From the IMG/VR virus record IMGVR_UViG_3300028048_003175, positions 33,849-97,848 of that record: 64,000 nucleotides of DNA; one strand, given 5' to 3'. Made by a program: the position numbers and the translations under genes. Positions 37,507-47,182 of the stretch are shown here, in pieces (the stretch's first letter is position 1; every line of letters begins with the position of its first letter). The stretch is from a virus. Taxonomy: Duplodnaviria; Caudoviricetes. The notes under the pieces are model-generated. The model had not been told where the DNA came from and did no database searches. It saw only the letters and a program-made list of their open reading frames with translations.

Positions 37507-38107
37507 ATTTGACTTTTTCATGCCGCTGCTGGTGGTACTCATCATCGGCCTGGCATATTCCACATACCGCCTCCACAAAGAGTGCAAGGCGTTGAAGCAG
37601 AAAGCCACTCAGTTGGAGAATACTGCCGCCAACATCGGGCAGGCTCCGCAGTCGTCCACGGTGGTAAAGACCGACAAGGGCGATATCACTGTCGTCACTA
37701 CTGAGCCATTGAAGGCTACGGAGAAAGTGATTGAGTCCCGTCATAAGGAGGACGTGAAAATCGCTCAGAATGTTGGCGTGAAGGCTAAGGACATCGACGA
37801 GCTTTCCCATATTGGGATAACCACTGGTGACAGCGTCACGGTTCCCGTCAAGGTGGAGCCGTTCGGTGGACTGACCGCATCCTATGAGGATGACTACACC
37901 CGTATCGATGTCAGCATTGACACAGCGAAGGTCGCCACCATCGAGTACGAAATGAGTGACGACATTGTGGTCGTTAATTCCAGGAAACGCCATAGCATCC
38001 TCTTCGGGCTTATCAAGTGGAAAGGTAAAGTAAAAAAAGTACAAGCATACTCGAAGAATCCCAAGGCGACTGTCAAGTCCGTGGAGGTCATCGAGCGACT
38101 GGAATAA
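37496..38107 (+). CDS. Membrane-anchored coiled-coil protein, spanin-like (DUF6549-like)
   Basis: N-terminal TM, coiled coil, then KRHSILFGLIKW...SKNP; follows the holin. Confidence 0.55.
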   Translation: MKSRFDFFMPLLVVLIIGLAYSTYRLHKECKALKQKATQLENTAANIGQAPQSSTVVKTDKGDITVVTTEPLKATEKVIESRHKEDVKIAQNVGVKAKDIDELSHIGITTGDSVTVPVKVEPFGGLTASYEDDYTRIDVSIDTAKVATIEYEMSDDIVVVNSRKRHSILFGLIKWKGKVKKVQAYSKNPKATVKSVEVIERLE

Positions 38108-38256
38108 GACAACTTCGGTTTTCTTGCGTTCTTGTCTTGCAGGCCTGCCCTGCCACCATCGACAGGGTGAGGCTCCCAGAGAATAACAGCAAATGTTTTT
38201 CATAGATGTTTTAGGTTAGTAGTAGTAATTTATAGTTTTAGGTTTTTAGTTAGGGA

Positions 38257-38291
38257 AGGCCGTCCGCAGGGATGCAGGCGGTCTTTTTTTT
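38257..38291 (+). terminator. Intrinsic terminator ending the late/lysis unit
   Basis: AGGCCGTC...GGCGGTCT plus a T-run. Confidence 0.8.
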
Positions 38292-38296
38292 GCGCT

Positions 38297-38427
38297 GGTT
38301 TGCAAATACGATTAACAAGGTTTAACGAATAAGATTAAAAATATAACCGTAATTTCTTGCATATTTGATTATTTCTTTGTATCTTTGTCGTAGCAAATAA
38401 GATAATAATCAATTTAAGAACGGAACA
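38297..38427 (+). promoter_or_regulatory. Repeated promoter/operator element, copy 1 of 5
   Basis: Invariant TTGATTATTTCTTTGTATCTTTG (38365-38387, containing -7 TATCTTTG) and GCAAATAAGATAATAAT. Confidence 0.88.
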
Positions 38428-38622
38428 ATGAAAGCAATCAGAATCCCGAAAGGAAAGAAAATCCAGTACGAGGACGACCTCGTTCGTGTTTACACCGACA
38501 AAGGTGAAGTTGACTACGAAGGCATCCTCGATGACTGCCCTTACAAGTACGATGACTACAAGTGGAACGAAAAGGAGCAGTGCTACGACCTGCCTCACGG
38601 CTACAAGATGATCGGTCTTTAA
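38428..38622 (+). CDS. Hypothetical early protein
   Basis: First ORF after promoter copy 1. Confidence 0.7.
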   Translation: MKAIRIPKGKKIQYEDDLVRVYTDKGEVDYEGILDDCPYKYDDYKWNEKEQCYDLPHGYKMIGL

Positions 38623-38641
38623 TTCAAATCACAGAACAGTT

Positions 38642-38956
38642 ATGGAATACAAGGTAAACTATCAGAAAAACTGGAACCAGGATGGAACCTGCTACGACCA
38701 GTGCATCGCTGCTTCAATGACCGAGGCGGAGTTCCAGTCATACAATAATGAGGTGGCCACCCGTAAGAAAGCCATCCATGCCAAGGGCGCGAAGACCAGC
38801 GACGAGATAAAGTTCATGTGCTTCGCCCGTTTCCTCGTAAAAGGAAAGAACCATACCACGCTGACACAGCGCGACCTCTTTGTTTCGCTTTTCAACCTCA
38901 AGAATGACAAGCGCATCCTCAACCGAAACACCCTCATCATCGTAAGCATCAAGTAA
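38642..38956 (+). CDS. Hypothetical protein
   Basis: Packed ORF with ACAGAACAGTTATG start context. Confidence 0.7.
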   Translation: MEYKVNYQKNWNQDGTCYDQCIAASMTEAEFQSYNNEVATRKKAIHAKGAKTSDEIKFMCFARFLVKGKNHTTLTQRDLFVSLFNLKNDKRILNRNTLIIVSIK

Positions 38957-38957
38957 T

Positions 38958-39398
38958 ATGGAAACGCCAAAGACGAAAGCCATCATGGCAGAGCGCATCA
39001 AGAAGTTCAGAGCTGCCTTCGACAACCCTTACTATCTCCGTGTAGCCAACAACCACTTCGTGCTGCTGGAGGTCTGCGAGGAGCTGACCAAGCAAGGCTT
39101 CGAGTGCTTCACGGCAAAGGACGAGTACGACCGTGAGTGTGTTCACTATGTCACTGCCTACAAGGATGGCAAGCAGGTCCAGTTCGGCTTTGCTGAGGTG
39201 CCGTTCCGCTGGTGGGTGAACAACAGCAGTGAGCGCAATGGGGATATCATCTGCACATGGGGTAGAAAGGATCAGTTCGCCTATCCGTATGAACTCCAGT
39301 ACCTCATCGACCATGCCATCCCATGCAGCGAGAAGCAACGGCAGGACTATGAGAGGAAGAAAGTGAGTGACTTCTACGTCCGGCTGGGAAATTTTTAA
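38958..39398 (+). CDS. Hypothetical protein
   Basis: Packed + strand ORF. Confidence 0.7.
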   Translation: METPKTKAIMAERIKKFRAAFDNPYYLRVANNHFVLLEVCEELTKQGFECFTAKDEYDRECVHYVTAYKDGKQVQFGFAEVPFRWWVNNSSERNGDIICTWGRKDQFAYPYELQYLIDHAIPCSEKQRQDYERKKVSDFYVRLGNF

Positions 39399-39447
39399 GC
39401 CTCAACAGGAAATTTATATATGCAAATAGGAAATAATCAATCACATT

Positions 39448-40386
39448 ATGGAAAGTATTATCGAATTCAAGTCAGAGGTGCTGCAGTATGCCGACGGGCA
39501 CCGTGGTGAGCTTTCAGTGAAGCTCGGTGACATCTACAAGACCGGCAATGTTCAATTCTCCATCCGTGTACGCTCTGAGGTCCAGGATGCTAACGGACAC
39601 TGGCACGAAGAGTCATGGGGTAAGAATGAGCGTTTTGTTGAAAACCGCTTTGAGGACCTGCTACCGCTGTTGGAACTTCACGGCTGCTGCTTTGACGGAG
39701 CACCATTGCGTCCGGTGGCAGAAGGTTCCTATCTCCTACGCACAGGCAGACGTGCTGAGGCTATCAAGCTGCTGCGTATCAGCGACGAAGAAGCTGACCA
39801 GTTGCTGGTTCCTGCCAACGATCCACAATATTTCTCTTACATGCTCCGCAAGCTCGGTATCATTAACCGCTGGTCCGTACAAGCCAAAAAACTTATGCTG
39901 TGGATGGAGCTGAATATGGAGAACTCGCTTCTTGACAACGAAGGCCGTCCGCTATCAGAGTGGAACTTCGAGAAGTCAAAGAGTGACTACCACAATATCG
40001 ACAAGGTCTATGAGACCATCCGTGACGATGAGGCTGCAGGAGAATATACGGAAGAGAAAATCATCGCCCGTAAGAATGAGCAGTGGTACGCCTTGATCGA
40101 CAAGGAACGCCAGAATATCAACACCTGCTATGAGCGAGAGGTGAAGAAAGCAGAGATAGAACGCGAGATAAAGCTGAGCATTCTGGAGGCTGGCATCGTT
40201 TCCCAGAACTTCATTATATACAGTGACAAGAGCGTATGCTTCAACTGGACGTATAGCAATCCGCTTATTCCTGCCAGTGATGTCGAGCGTTTTATCGAGA
40301 CGATAGGTAATGAGCGGTTCCCTGACTACAGGTTCAAGAACGACAATATGGGCGACCGCACAGGTTTCATGGATAAGAACTATTGA
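39448..40386 (+). CDS. Hypothetical protein
   Basis: 312-aa ORF preceded by a partial TGCAAATAGGAAATAATC box. Confidence 0.75.
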   Translation: MESIIEFKSEVLQYADGHRGELSVKLGDIYKTGNVQFSIRVRSEVQDANGHWHEESWGKNERFVENRFEDLLPLLELHGCCFDGAPLRPVAEGSYLLRTGRRAEAIKLLRISDEEADQLLVPANDPQYFSYMLRKLGIINRWSVQAKKLMLWMELNMENSLLDNEGRPLSEWNFEKSKSDYHNIDKVYETIRDDEAAGEYTEEKIIARKNEQWYALIDKERQNINTCYEREVKKAEIEREIKLSILEAGIVSQNFIIYSDKSVCFNWTYSNPLIPASDVERFIETIGNERFPDYRFKNDNMGDRTGFMDKNY

Positions 40387-40389
40387 CCT

Positions 40390-40617
40390 ATGGCTAAGAG
40401 CGAAGAATACAAAGTACCTGTGAAATTCATCTTCGAGGGTGAGTTCATCGTAAAGGCTAACAGTGCCGCCGAGGCTCGTGACATTGTGAGCGACGAGTGC
40501 CATCTGGTCATGGGCCAGAGTATTGAGTGTCATGCTGACGAGGTTTCTGACTGGGACTTCGACATGCACTCCGAGAAAGTCATTGGAAGGGTTACACGAA
40601 ATGTTTATAGACTATGA
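40390..40617 (+). CDS. Small acidic hypothetical protein
   Basis: VKANSAAEARDIV pattern common in small phage proteins. Confidence 0.65.
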   Translation: MAKSEEYKVPVKFIFEGEFIVKANSAAEARDIVSDECHLVMGQSIECHADEVSDWDFDMHSEKVIGRVTRNVYRL

Positions 40618-41486
40618 GCGACTATATTTGCGGTACTGAGCTCCGTGAGTTCGAGAAGCAGTTCAACCACATCGTGAACGTGACGCACCATGACCATATC
40701 ACGGTGTTCGATGACCTGCTGACGTACATCATCACGGCATTCAATCCGGACCCGTACGAAAATCCCCATTGGAAGTACACCAAGGAGCAGAACCAGCTTT
40801 TCTATCTCCTGATGGTAGAGTGGCTGAATGTCATGCAGCGGATGATAAATGCGCGAGGCTGGTATGATGCCTTTGGCGACTTCTTCATGTCGAATGTCGG
40901 CAAGACGTCACAGCAGTACAAGGGACAGTTCTTCACCCCTCACACCACCTGCGACTTCATGGCAAGGATATCGCTGGATGACAGGGATGAGGTGACGGAG
41001 CCACGTGTGACGTGTAACGGCTTTGGCAAGCGAGTGGTGGTCAACGACTGCTCCTGTGGCTCTGCCAGACTCCTGCTGGCTGCTCATGCCGTCAACTGTG
41101 AGCGCAACACCAGGGCTTGCTATTTCATTGGTGAGGACATCGACCGTATCTGCTGTAAGATGGCTGCAATAAATATGTGCGTCCACGGCATGTTCGGCGA
41201 GGTTGTCTGCCACAATACTCTCACGGAGCCTCACAAGGCGAACTTCGGTTACATCATCAATGAGGGGTTATACCCCTTCCCTGGTTGTCCCACCATCCGC
41301 TACTTCGATGACGATCCTCTGCGATTTGTCTCTACGAAGGCTGCAATGGGGTGGCTTGCTGAGGCTGGAAAGAAGCGCGAGGTGAACCATAAGGTGACGG
41401 AGGTAGAGAAGAACCTCGTCCCTGTCGTTGAGGAACAGCCAGACAAGAGGAAAATCCCAGAACAACTGACATTAAATTTCTTCTGA
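40614..41486 (+). CDS. N6-adenine MTase-like (HsdM/N6_Mtase) protein lacking a clear NPPY/F motif
   Basis: GQFFTP, VNDCSCGSARLL (motif I), GEDIDRICCKMAAINM; no motif IV after HNTL. Confidence 0.75.
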   Translation: MSDYICGTELREFEKQFNHIVNVTHHDHITVFDDLLTYIITAFNPDPYENPHWKYTKEQNQLFYLLMVEWLNVMQRMINARGWYDAFGDFFMSNVGKTSQQYKGQFFTPHTTCDFMARISLDDRDEVTEPRVTCNGFGKRVVVNDCSCGSARLLLAAHAVNCERNTRACYFIGEDIDRICCKMAAINMCVHGMFGEVVCHNTLTEPHKANFGYIINEGLYPFPGCPTIRYFDDDPLRFVSTKAAMGWLAEAGKKREVNHKVTEVEKNLVPVVEEQPDKRKIPEQLTLNFF

Positions 41487-41488
41487 CT

Positions 41489-41668
41489 ATGGGAAAGTAT
41501 ATCAGCAAGCAGCAGCTATTGAACATGCTGGAGCACGTGCCGAACAGCGCCATGCTGTCCGCTGCAGATGTCAACGACAAAGACACCGAGTGTGCCATCA
41601 CGGCTGTCGAAGACACAACGATGCCCGGGTTCTACAAGATAATGATTGACTCAAAAGAAAAGTGGTAA
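41489..41668 (+). CDS. 59-aa hypothetical protein
   Basis: Not in the track; fills the gap (MGKYISKQQLLNMLEHVP...). Confidence 0.55.
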   Translation: MGKYISKQQLLNMLEHVPNSAMLSAADVNDKDTECAITAVEDTTMPGFYKIMIDSKEKW

Positions 41669-41691
41669 ACTAATTTTATATAATTGCAATT

Positions 41692-42261
41692 ATGAAGGAT
41701 ATTGAAGAAATCATCGAGACTACCAATGAGTATCTCCGTTCAGAGTGCATCCCGGAAGAGTGGTGTACTACTGAGCTTGGCGGACATTTCCGCCGTGACT
41801 TGAACAGTGGCCAGGTAGTGGCTATGAGTGAGGACGACATGCGGACGTACTACAAGCGTTACGTTGCGGAGTGGGCTGGCGATGACGAGACCCTGGAGGA
41901 AGAGGAAGTCATCGAGCACATCGACTTCATGAGTAAGAAGCGAGACCTGCATGAGGAAATCTACGATGCCATCGTCTATCTCATGGAGAAGCATGAGAAG
42001 AAGGAACTCGACATCAGCAACGAGGAGGAAGGTGACTTCGGCTACATCTGCGTGTCGTGGGACTCCAGCGACGGTGTGACCATCCAAGAGCTGCAGGTGG
42101 TAAAGGTATGCGTCAGCGACCGTAGCCAACTGACACTTGAGACCATCGACGGTCAGGTGTTCGACCCGTCCATCAGCGGTGACGAAGTGCTCTGGTGTAC
42201 CATCAACAGCGTCTATGATGCCGTCTATGACCGTCTGGTACGGAAAGGAGGTCAGTCATGA
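41692..42261 (+). CDS. Acidic hypothetical protein
   Basis: Very Glu/Asp-rich 189-aa ORF. Confidence 0.7.
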   Translation: MKDIEEIIETTNEYLRSECIPEEWCTTELGGHFRRDLNSGQVVAMSEDDMRTYYKRYVAEWAGDDETLEEEEVIEHIDFMSKKRDLHEEIYDAIVYLMEKHEKKELDISNEEEGDFGYICVSWDSSDGVTIQELQVVKVCVSDRSQLTLETIDGQVFDPSISGDEVLWCTINSVYDAVYDRLVRKGGQS

Positions 42262-42398
42262 AGATCAAGTGTCAAGGCCTCCACTGTCCTGCCAAGAACC
42301 AGTGCGCCAACTATGAGAAGAATATCACTACCGACGAGGAACGCCATATTGTATCTAAGTGCAGAAGCCAGAAGGCATTCATCAAAAAGGAAGAATAA
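42258..42398 (+). CDS. 46-aa Cys-rich protein
   Basis: Not in the track; MKIKCQGLHCPAKNQCANY...KC; overlaps both neighbours. Confidence 0.55.
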   Translation: MKIKCQGLHCPAKNQCANYEKNITTDEERHIVSKCRSQKAFIKKEE

Positions 42399-43018
42399 TG
42401 AATACGAGCGAAAAACAGAAAAGAGCGAAGCAGCTGTACACGCAGTACCATAGCTTTTGCTTTACAAATGTGTCATACACCGGACAGTATAACAGGGAGG
42501 CTACAGCCCATGTCTGCGATATCAATGGCTACCGCTGTTGTCTTGTATCTGACCTCAGCTATTTAGCGGACTGTGTCCGTAAGTGCTATGACTGTGGCTT
42601 GCTGAGCCGCAACGATTTCCTTGCTGGACGCAGGGGTGATGGAGGCAATGCTGGAGGACGTTCCTGCACCGTCATTAAACTCGATGCGCTCAAGGCCATC
42701 CGTGAAGAGTATCTAAAGATGCGCTGGTCAGACAAGACCGTCTATGGGAACTATATCCAGACCGTGGAGAATGCCAAAGGTGTGGTATCGGAGTCCATCA
42801 GTGCGGAGGAAATAGAAAAACTTTGGGATATCTACGACGAGCGCCAGCAGCTCATCACCGAGAGTTCCCGTGAGCGCAAGGAAGAAAAGCAGCGCAAAGA
42901 GTGGGAAGAGGCAGGTTATTTAGAGCCAGAAAAGCCGAAAGATGACCTTAATGACCTCGTTGACCGCATCGAGGCGCTGGGTTGGCACGTCACGCTGACG
43001 AGAAAGGAGGGCGCATGA
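42398..43018 (+). CDS. Hypothetical protein
   Basis: TAATG-coupled start (MNTSEKQ). Confidence 0.7.
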   Translation: MNTSEKQKRAKQLYTQYHSFCFTNVSYTGQYNREATAHVCDINGYRCCLVSDLSYLADCVRKCYDCGLLSRNDFLAGRRGDGGNAGGRSCTVIKLDALKAIREEYLKMRWSDKTVYGNYIQTVENAKGVVSESISAEEIEKLWDIYDERQQLITESSRERKEEKQRKEWEEAGYLEPEKPKDDLNDLVDRIEALGWHVTLTRKEGA

Positions 43019-43371
43019 CTTTCAATCAGCTAAAACGTGCGGAGAAGGTCTGCAACGAGAAAATCCTCCGCCTCAACGAGGACTTCATGAAGAAGCAGGA
43101 GCAGTATATCAAGGAGCATGCGCCTCTGGAGCTGCAGAAGGGTGACTGGATAATCATCCGTCTGGAGGTGACAAAGGAAAGCCGTAGCGCCCTGCAGCCA
43201 GAGTACCAGGAGCTGAAACGTTACAGGCTCGGTAATCAGCATAACGTCCGAGGGCAGTTCTGCAGGTGGCTCATTTCAGAAACGGGAGAGTTGCGCCCTG
43301 ACCTGATGGGAAAGACATGGTACCCTTGGAGAGAACGAATTGTTAGTATAACCAAATGTGAAAAGCAATGA
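43015..43371 (+). CDS. Hypothetical protein
   Basis: ATGA-coupled. Confidence 0.65.
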   Translation: MTFNQLKRAEKVCNEKILRLNEDFMKKQEQYIKEHAPLELQKGDWIIIRLEVTKESRSALQPEYQELKRYRLGNQHNVRGQFCRWLISETGELRPDLMGKTWYPWRERIVSITKCEKQ

Positions 43372-43892
43372 ACGAGAATTATAATCATCCGCTCCCTAAG
43401 AAGGGCGACCTCATCCGTATAACGGAAGTACATAACACCAACGGCAAGCCGACATTCAAAATCGGTGACCTCGTAGAAGTGCTAAAAGCGTGGGTGGGAG
43501 AGAACGGCAATACCTATTTTATTGCCAAGGCTCCGTTCCGCAAGCACAAGATCGTCTATTCGTCGAAGGTCTATGATTGGGAGATTTTCGGCAAGGAACT
43601 CGAAACCCTGCAGCAGGCCCAGGAGGACACTGCGAAGTTCGTAAAGGAAGCCTCGGAGAAAAGCTTTGAAGAAGTCTGGGAGAACTTTAGGAAAAACAAG
43701 GTCTTTCCGGAACAGCTCTTTGAGTTGCCACGTGCCAAATGGATGTTCGCCATGTTCTTCTACTCAGCCTTTGAGAATGGCTGGAACGCCTGCGTATTGA
43801 ATAACATGAACGAGCACATGCGCGAGGTGGAGCTCTGCCTTGATGAGCTGGGTAAACTGTCTGGTGTGAACGTAAAAGAACCTGCGAAGTGA
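43368..43892 (+). CDS. Hypothetical protein
   Basis: ATGA-coupled; KGDLIRI and KIGDLVEV beta motifs. Confidence 0.65.
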   Translation: MNENYNHPLPKKGDLIRITEVHNTNGKPTFKIGDLVEVLKAWVGENGNTYFIAKAPFRKHKIVYSSKVYDWEIFGKELETLQQAQEDTAKFVKEASEKSFEEVWENFRKNKVFPEQLFELPRAKWMFAMFFYSAFENGWNACVLNNMNEHMREVELCLDELGKLSGVNVKEPAK

Positions 43893-43893
43893 T

Positions 43894-44151
43894 ATGGGCG
43901 TACCGATAGGAACAGGGCTTGTCGAGATTACCGGCGAGAAGTCCAGCGACAAGGGCTTCTTCTGTATCAAGCTGGCTGCTTTCATCACAAAGGAAATGAA
44001 AGAGTCCGGCGACACCTCCTTTGACTTCTGGCATCAGCGGTTCAAGGAAGCGGAAAGTGGAGCCTGCGCATATAAAGACCGATGTCCTAACTATGCCAAG
44101 ACTATAGCCAAACACGGGCGTAAACCTATTCAACTGAGTTTAAACTTTTAG
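43894..44151 (+). CDS. Hypothetical protein
   Basis: Packed ORF ending QLSLNF. Confidence 0.6.
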   Translation: MGVPIGTGLVEITGEKSSDKGFFCIKLAAFITKEMKESGDTSFDFWHQRFKEAESGACAYKDRCPNYAKTIAKHGRKPIQLSLNF

Positions 44152-44155
44152 GGTT

Positions 44156-44761
44156 ATGATTATCAAAGGAAAGTGGCTTTATGCCACAAGAATGAAGAAC
44201 CGTCAGTTCCTCTCCAGCAAGGAGGCTCAGCAATCTCCTGACGGGAAGGAGTTCGAGTGTATTGACGGAATATTTGTGAAGACGCTCATGCCAGACCTGT
44301 CCTTTGGAGAGGGCTTCCGGCATGTGGATCTGCGCATCGAGACGAAGGAGTTCCCTGGTAGCCATCAGATGTGGGTGGCTGGAAAGTTCCGCCACCGCTT
44401 CCTCACAGAGGAAAAGCCGGACTATGATGGCGATGACCGATACTTGGTGGCTGGTGGCCACTCGCTATACCTCAGCATCACATGTAGGGAAGATTTCTTC
44501 CCTCGTATGTCGGAGTGCATCTTTCCCGTCTGGGTGTCATGCACCAAGGGAGAGCCGTATGACGAGGATGACTACTTCGACCCTCTGCACTTTGAAGCAG
44601 AAGGAAACCTCGATATGCTGGGTGACAAGGACGTGTTCTTTGACTGCAAGCCTATCAAAAACCAGGTGCAAGAGTTCCTGAAGGAGGCAAACCTCACCAT
44701 GCAGCAATGTCCTGTGAGGTGTAAGCTGGTATTAGAGATTGAGCAAAAACGAGACGATTGA
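44156..44761 (+). CDS. Hypothetical protein
   Basis: Packed ORF. Confidence 0.65.
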   Translation: MIIKGKWLYATRMKNRQFLSSKEAQQSPDGKEFECIDGIFVKTLMPDLSFGEGFRHVDLRIETKEFPGSHQMWVAGKFRHRFLTEEKPDYDGDDRYLVAGGHSLYLSITCREDFFPRMSECIFPVWVSCTKGEPYDEDDYFDPLHFEAEGNLDMLGDKDVFFDCKPIKNQVQEFLKEANLTMQQCPVRCKLVLEIEQKRDD

Positions 44762-44783
44762 GAACTATTAAAGAGAAAGAATT

Positions 44784-45590
44784 ATGAATATCAACATTGG
44801 AGGCAAGCCGCTCAATGAGTGGATTGAAGAGCAGAAGAAAAAGGACGGTGTGCTATTGGTGCATCGTGGTACGACACGCAACGCTTTTGGTACCAGCACC
44901 TATCACGGCTCCATCGTGACGCTGGATGACAAGGATATCTGTTATTATGATGCCGATATCAGCATCCGTATTAACGGCAAGGAGTATCGCATGACAGGCA
45001 ACAAGGTCGAGCGCAAGAGTGGCGTCTGGTATGTGGACGGTAGTGTTTATGACCTTCCGGAACAAAGCACCAGTAAAGGGATGGAAGATACTATTGATAA
45101 TATCGGAAAGACTATCGACGAAGCCATGGAGTCTGTGAGCCATGCCTTTGGCAGCTTTAATATCGCCAACGACTACGTTGGTGACGTAGTGATCAACCAT
45201 GGTGGAAAGGTGAACCGACGCCAAGTCATCATGCACGGCAATGGCACCGTAAAAGTCCATCGTGGCGACAAGACCTATACCATCAAGGGTAATAATATCG
45301 AGAAGCGTGACGGCAAGTGGTATGCCGACGGCAAGCCAGTGGACTGGGATTCCATCGGAGGAAAGTACGAGGAGAGTGACGTTGTACGCATCGAGATAAA
45401 CGGCAGCGTGTCGAATTTGGCAACGACCAGCGGTGACGTGGTTGTCAATGGCTCAGTAAGCAATCTGCGTACAGGCTCTGGTGACGTTCAGTGTCAGACC
45501 GCATCGAATGTCTCTACAGGCTCCGGCGACGTACACTGCAAGCACATCACTGGCATGTGCTCAACAGGCAGTGGTGACATATACAGGTAA
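44784..45590 (+). CDS. Beta-solenoid protein (DUF4097/adhesin-like TGSGDV repeats)
   Basis: TTSGDV, TGSGDV x2, TGSGDI; duplicated GNxxExxxGxWYxDG unit. Confidence 0.65.
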   Translation: MNINIGGKPLNEWIEEQKKKDGVLLVHRGTTRNAFGTSTYHGSIVTLDDKDICYYDADISIRINGKEYRMTGNKVERKSGVWYVDGSVYDLPEQSTSKGMEDTIDNIGKTIDEAMESVSHAFGSFNIANDYVGDVVINHGGKVNRRQVIMHGNGTVKVHRGDKTYTIKGNNIEKRDGKWYADGKPVDWDSIGGKYEESDVVRIEINGSVSNLATTSGDVVVNGSVSNLRTGSGDVQCQTASNVSTGSGDVHCKHITGMCSTGSGDIYR

Positions 45591-45618
45591 CTGTTCTGTG
45601 AATTGATTATTTCACATT

Positions 45619-45656
45619 GAGGGTGGCCCGTCGTGATGACGCGCTGCCCCTTTTTC
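45619..45656 (+). terminator. Intrinsic terminator
   Basis: GGGTGGC...GCTGCCC followed by a T-run. Confidence 0.75.
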
Positions 45657-45672
45657 TTCTTGCTTTCGCATC

Positions 45673-45806
45673 GGCTTGCATATTTGATTAACTTTGTTTA
45701 ACGTTCAAGATTAAAAATATATCCGTAAAAAGTTGCAAGATTGATTATTTCTTTGTATCTTTGCGTATGCAAATAAGATAATAATCAAATTTTAACAGCA
45801 ACAATT
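45673..45806 (+). promoter_or_regulatory. Repeated promoter/operator element, copy 2
   Basis: Invariant 23-mer at 45741-45763. Confidence 0.88.
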
Positions 45807-46220
45807 ATGGAATCTACAAACAACAATCCCCGAATTGAGAAGCTCCAGCAGCAGAAAGAGCGGATGATGCAGCGTTCCAAGGAAGCCGAAAGTGCTGAGG
45901 AAAGCCAGTATTATCTCTGCATTGCAGACCTGTACTCGCTTGCCATCAGTGACGAGAAAGCTTCCATGTTCGGATCAACGCTCACCGTAATTGTCGGCAA
46001 CGATAGCGATGCCGTCACAAAGGTAAGCATTAACGTTCATGTGAACTTCACAACCCGTACCAACAGCTTCGAGACCAGCTTCAGCCAGTGGCAGGCTGTT
46101 CCTAACAAGATGCAGCGCGAGGTGCCTGACAAGCAGTTCTCCACTGCCGAGGATGCCTATCACTTCATCGTCGGTCTGGCTCTCAAAATCAATGCTTTCT
46201 TCAATAACATTCAATTGTAA
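45807..46220 (+). CDS. Hypothetical early protein
   Basis: First ORF after copy 2. Confidence 0.7.
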   Translation: MESTNNNPRIEKLQQQKERMMQRSKEAESAEESQYYLCIADLYSLAISDEKASMFGSTLTVIVGNDSDAVTKVSINVHVNFTTRTNSFETSFSQWQAVPNKMQREVPDKQFSTAEDAYHFIVGLALKINAFFNNIQL

Positions 46221-46232
46221 GGAGGACTGGAT

Positions 46233-46724
46233 ATGGAAGCTAAGGAAATATATGCTGTCTTGAAGAAGGCTGCAAATATGGAGCCATATATTGAGGATGG
46301 TAAAGTGTATGGGTTTGGTGCTATAAACAGATGCCCTGAGTGCAAGAATATGACAGAGAGAGAATACTGTCATTACCATCATCCTGCGATGTCTAAGCTG
46401 CTCGAATCTCTTCCCTGGGAGAAAGTTGTTGAGAGACCAAGAAATCCCCGTAATGACGAATATCCGCAAGAAAACGGAACCTATATAACCATGCTTGACT
46501 GCAACGAGCATGAGGTCCTTGTGAACCATTTTAGAGACGGGCGCTGGTCTTTGTATGACGAGACGCATGTCAAATGGTGGATGAAGTTACCTAAGATGGA
46601 TAAGGAGGAATGCGAGGATGAGAAAGTGAATGCTACAGGGCAATACCTCGATGCAGGCAAGGTTTCTGCCGAGGATATATTGAATGCGTCTAAAAGAATG
46701 AGTGAAATCGTTAAGGGAATCTGA
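46233..46724 (+). CDS. DUF551-like protein
   Basis: YPQENGTYI...VKWWMKLP pattern. Confidence 0.55.
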   Translation: MEAKEIYAVLKKAANMEPYIEDGKVYGFGAINRCPECKNMTEREYCHYHHPAMSKLLESLPWEKVVERPRNPRNDEYPQENGTYITMLDCNEHEVLVNHFRDGRWSLYDETHVKWWMKLPKMDKEECEDEKVNATGQYLDAGKVSAEDILNASKRMSEIVKGI

Positions 46725-46726
46725 CT

Positions 46727-47182
46727 ATGGCACGAACAAAACCAATTCGAGAATATAAGATTGCAGGTCCGCAGTATGCGTACTTGCTTGACAAGTGTAT
46801 ATCGTCCGATAACTATACGGGCGACTTTTCCACCGACAAGGCTAAGATTTACCTTGTGCTTGCGAACTATAAGAGCTGGCTGAAGAATAACCAGAAGCCC
46901 AAGACATGGAGCACGGCACACCACATCGGTGACTGGCTTCGTGGACTTCCTTCATGCTGTACTGTCGCTTACTGGAACGACGAGATCGTAAAGATTGGTC
47001 AGAGCTGGGGTATTCCCCTTCGCACTGACAGCGTACAAGAGAAATTCGCAGACCAGTGGTGGACCATCTGTGGCCAGCGTTTGCTGGAGATTGCTGACAA
47101 ACTGAAAATATCCTATTTCAAAATAAAACCTTATGACAACAAGATATCAATACAAGAACAGATGGGAGCAGCTGGAGTCTGA
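46727..47182 (+). CDS. Hypothetical protein
   Basis: DWLRGLPS...WNDEI; packed ORF. Confidence 0.65.
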   Translation: MARTKPIREYKIAGPQYAYLLDKCISSDNYTGDFSTDKAKIYLVLANYKSWLKNNQKPKTWSTAHHIGDWLRGLPSCCTVAYWNDEIVKIGQSWGIPLRTDSVQEKFADQWWTICGQRLLEIADKLKISYFKIKPYDNKISIQEQMGAAGV

